A stretch of 61,178 nt of DNA, counting the filler, from Sphacelaria rigidula (lineage: Eukaryota): assembly GCA_964200075.2 (NCBI GenBank). It is 2 parts of 2 records of this genome, joined end to end, with 100 filler letters (N's around TTAATTAATTAA, not from the genome) between each part and the next. Parts side by side here need not be neighbours in the genome. Positions count along the whole stretch, not along the records: positions 30,713 to 61,178 come from CAXNAA020000060.1; 1 more part is not named here. One strand, 5' to 3'. Shown in pieces: positions 59,901 to 61,178 of this stretch. Each line of letters starts with the position of its first letter. The stretch's first letter is position 1. Below the pieces are notes generated by a model, which was not told where the DNA came from, did not search any database, and was given only the letters and a program-made list of their open reading frames with translations. Position numbers and translations under genes: made by a program.

Positions 59901-61178
59901 GGGCACACAGAATTGTATTGCTGCATTCACGTCCTGACTGAGTGTTGGCCTTGGTGTGAATGTGCAAACAAGTGCTCGTCCAACAACTAACTGTTGTATT
60001 TTACACCGACAGCCGATTGCTTGACAGAGTCATTTTTCTTGCTTCATTATTCACCCTGCACATGAGTCGTACTGCGATACTTTTGGATACCGACGCTCAG
60101 TTCTTCAACATGCTACCGTCTGATTGATTTATGATTGCTGTTACAATATTACGGATGTACAGAATGACGGCACTGACTGTTTACGGCCTGCACCATCTTC
60201 TCGATGAAATCCTTGACTTTATACTCAGTCTAACAGTGCATGAGTGATGTACTTTCACTGTAGGAACAAAACTGTCCCGAATCACCATCGAATGTCAAAT
60301 GTCGGACAATGCAGCCGTGTAATGTTTATTCGAGTCTATATACTGTGGGGACACATGAGGTAGCGATGGCAGTGTTACCTGGGTGAAACTACTGAACGCG
60401 ATATCAACCAGCCGATGGGAGTTAACGAACTGCCTGTGGAAGAGATACACAGGAGCTATCGAGATGTTGTCGGCTACAACTAGTACCGAGTACAGCATAT
60501 ACTTTCAGGAACGCGAACCATTTGCCAGGGTATCTCATGCATGATCACGGATGCAACGGTGAAATAACGTCATTTTTACTCTATACTTCGCAAATTCACA
60601 AAACTGCTTGTATGACCGTAATGTCAAACTGGTTGTGCATACATGCTACAAGGCACGATACCATGTAAGCCGATTAGCCGTGAACGAAAATGGCGAGGCT
60701 TGAGTGAACGAAACATGAGGTATTTACCCCACCCCCTGGTCAGGGGGGGCAAATTGTTAATGCTCAAAATGCTTTATCATCATGGAAAATGGATGTAACC
60801 TCTACGTGGCTCCCCTGCTTGATCGTTTGCGCCCTTGGTAGATATCTTCAAAGAGTATATGCGAGCAATGCATGCGTAAAACAAATGGAGAGTTATGTGA
60901 AGTTGTTTCGATTCTAAGAGATCAAACCCAACCGTGTACTTCTAGCTTACATTTCGACTGTGAATACATGGGTGGGTGTTTACAGCTGCACTTTTGTCAT
61001 CGACTATGCTCACGCTCTGCCATGGGCAACAGAGATGCAGGATATAATGCGGTACAAATAGCATGGACCATGTTGCAATTACGGAGGGTTAGGTGACCAA
61101 TCAGGACACTTTCTACGATAGCCCCCCCCCCCAAAAGTGCATGGTTCTGGGAGGCAAAATCTTCACGTGAATCGAAAT

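Overview
Eukaryotic nuclear DNA, probably from a brown alga (Phaeophyceae/stramenopile). This is inferred from the short exons in multi-kb GT-AG introns, the ~50% GC content, the repeat landscape and the protein families. The window holds four protein-coding loci. (1, 2) Two tandem, intronless P-class pentatricopeptide-repeat (PPR) genes on + (18396-20321 and about 23483-25948). (3) The last exon of a minus-strand 2OG-Fe(II) oxygenase-like gene (29723-29941) whose remaining exons probably lie in the scaffold gap at 30613-30712. (4) A family A DNA polymerase gene on +, reconstructed by hand from 13 phase-consistent exons spanning about 32.2-55.5 kb. The polymerase has intact motifs A, B and C, carries Leu at the O-helix position equivalent to E. 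coli Pol I F762, and appears to be a stand-alone polymerase domain of about 550 aa. The rest of the window is non-autonomous mobile DNA: tRNA-derived SINEs (one with a clear target-site duplication), piggyBac-type mini-MITEs, a CAC-terminated TIR element, two long foldback elements, further hairpins and microsatellites. Most short ORFs in the supplied track are spurious. No prokaryotic-type system (CRISPR, operon) is present.
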